Both the position numbers and the translations under genes were made by a program. From assembly GCA_045047305.1 (NCBI GenBank), contig JASFYO010000029.1, positions 48,543 to 112,542 of the forward strand: DNA of 64,000 nucleotides, given 5' to 3'. Shown here piece after piece: positions 62,929-64,000 of this stretch (position 1 is its first letter; each line of letters begins with the position of its first letter). Under the pieces are notes generated by a model. That model saw only the letters and a list, made by a program, of their open reading frames with translations. It was not told where the DNA came from and made no database searches. This stretch comes from Planctomycetota bacterium (lineage in GTDB: Bacteria; Planctomycetota; UBA1135).

Positions 62929-64000
62929 TTGGAATTCGATTCACTGCTTCTCCTAGGCCTACTACTCGCCGGCGGCGTGTTGGGTGGCCTGGTTGCGCGC
63001 ATACTCCGCCTTCCAACCCTCACCGGTTACTTAGCAGCAGGCATCCTTTTCCATTGGGGCAGCAAAGAAGGCTGGATCGATGCCGCTGCACTCGAAAAGC
63101 TGCGCCTCCCGATCAATGACTTGGCGATGGCACTCGCGCTATTCGTTTTAGGCGGTCAATTCCGCTTCGGACGCCGTCGTAATGCCGCCTTGCGCAAACT
63201 GCTACGCGGCTCCCTAATTGAAACTATTTGCACCTTCGTGGTAGTGGCTGGCCTCAGCCTGCCGGTGATTCAAAGCATTCCTGGTGCAGTGCTTTTAGGT
63301 GTGCTCGCTATTGCCGTCGCCCCAGCTACCACTCTGGAGGTGCTGCATGAGTACAACGCCAAAGGGCCCACCACCCGCATGCTGAAGCAACTCACCGCGA
63401 TGAGCAATGTGTGGGCGGTGATCCTTTTTGAAGTGACACTATTGTTTTTGGTGTTGTTTAGCGGTGGAGAAGTCAGCTTACTTGACCCACTGTGGGATAT
63501 CGGCGGCGCCTTACTCTATGGATTGATTGCTGGACATGCACTCATCTTGCTGCAAGAGCGCGTTGGTCACGACAACTATGCCGTGCCTTTACTCGCGGTC
63601 ATTTTTTTGACCATCGGTATATGCGCATTCACCGACGTCCCTCACATGCTTGCCTTCTTGGTCACTGGCGCGGTGGTAGCCAATCGGTCGCAGCTATTTT
63701 CACGGATTACCACGGCGATGGATGGCTATGCGCAACCAGCGATTGTGCTTTTCTTCGTGCTCAGTGGTTCCCATTTGGACTTTGGCCTGCTGCTTGAAAA
63801 CGGAGTTGCGGTTGGACTTTATGTGTTGGGGCGTACCTTGGGCAAGGTTTTGGGCACCCACGTCAGTGTCCACGGCTTCAAAAAGCTGGAGCAAATGCGC
63901 GGGGATTCTACGCCACCCGTAGGCCTCGGTCTTTTGTGCCAAGCTGGCGCCGCGATTGCACTCGCCACCTATGTCGCTGACTACGACAGATCGGAAGAGC
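62929..64000 (+). CDS. Cation:proton antiporter (CPA2/Kef-type), 3' truncated by window edge; absent from the ORF track
   Basis: TTG 62929 opens MEFDSLLLLGLLLAGGVLGGLVARILRLPTLTGYLAAG...APATTLEVLHEYNAKGP...FFVLSGSHLD...LGLLCQAGAAIALA. Confidence 0.85.
   Translation, partial: MEFDSLLLLGLLLAGGVLGGLVARILRLPTLTGYLAAGILFHWGSKEGWIDAAALEKLRLPINDLAMALALFVLGGQFRFGRRRNAALRKLLRGSLIETICTFVVVAGLSLPVIQSIPGAVLLGVLAIAVAPATTLEVLHEYNAKGPTTRMLKQLTAMSNVWAVILFEVTLLFLVLFSGGEVSLLDPLWDIGGALLYGLIAGHALILLQERVGHDNYAVPLLAVIFLTIGICAFTDVPHMLAFLVTGAVVANRSQLFSRITTAMDGYAQPAIVLFFVLSGSHLDFGLLLENGVAVGLYVLGRTLGKVLGTHVSVHGFKKLEQMRGDSTPPVGLGLLCQAGAAIALATYVADYDRSEE

Overview
Gene-dense bacterial chromosomal segment of roughly mid-50s %GC (estimated by eye). 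The gene content and the large secreted TPR/zincin/transglutaminase proteins suggest a Planctomycetota-like organism (inference). No CRISPR array, prophage, transposase or integrase was recognised. Housekeeping genes: rlmN, rnpA-yidD, trpS, thiC, a UbiD-family decarboxylase, leuS, tRNA-Ala(GGC), lysS, a lolCDE-like ABC transporter, recJ and polA. A selenocysteine locus contains selA, tRNA-Sec and a selD that is itself a UGA-recoded selenoprotein with a SECIS-like hairpin; selD and tRNA-Sec are followed directly by a glutamate-cysteine ligase gene. The most notable system is a tightly coupled SOS mutagenesis operon: lexA, a small catalytically dead S24/UmuD'-like ORF, an intact DinB-type Y polymerase, and dnaE2, with no imuA/imuB. 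A palindrome (TGATA-N2-TATCA) lies between its -35 and -10 boxes and is a candidate SOS box. Across the window, at least 11 genes, mostly first in their transcription unit, have a TAnnnT hexamer 6-7 nt before the start codon, suggesting pervasive leaderless transcription; this includes a 15-bp bidirectional selA/recJ promoter. Several pseudo-enzymes are also present: a dead ALDH-like domain before lat, a dead transglutaminase partner, and a dead M1-peptidase-like domain.
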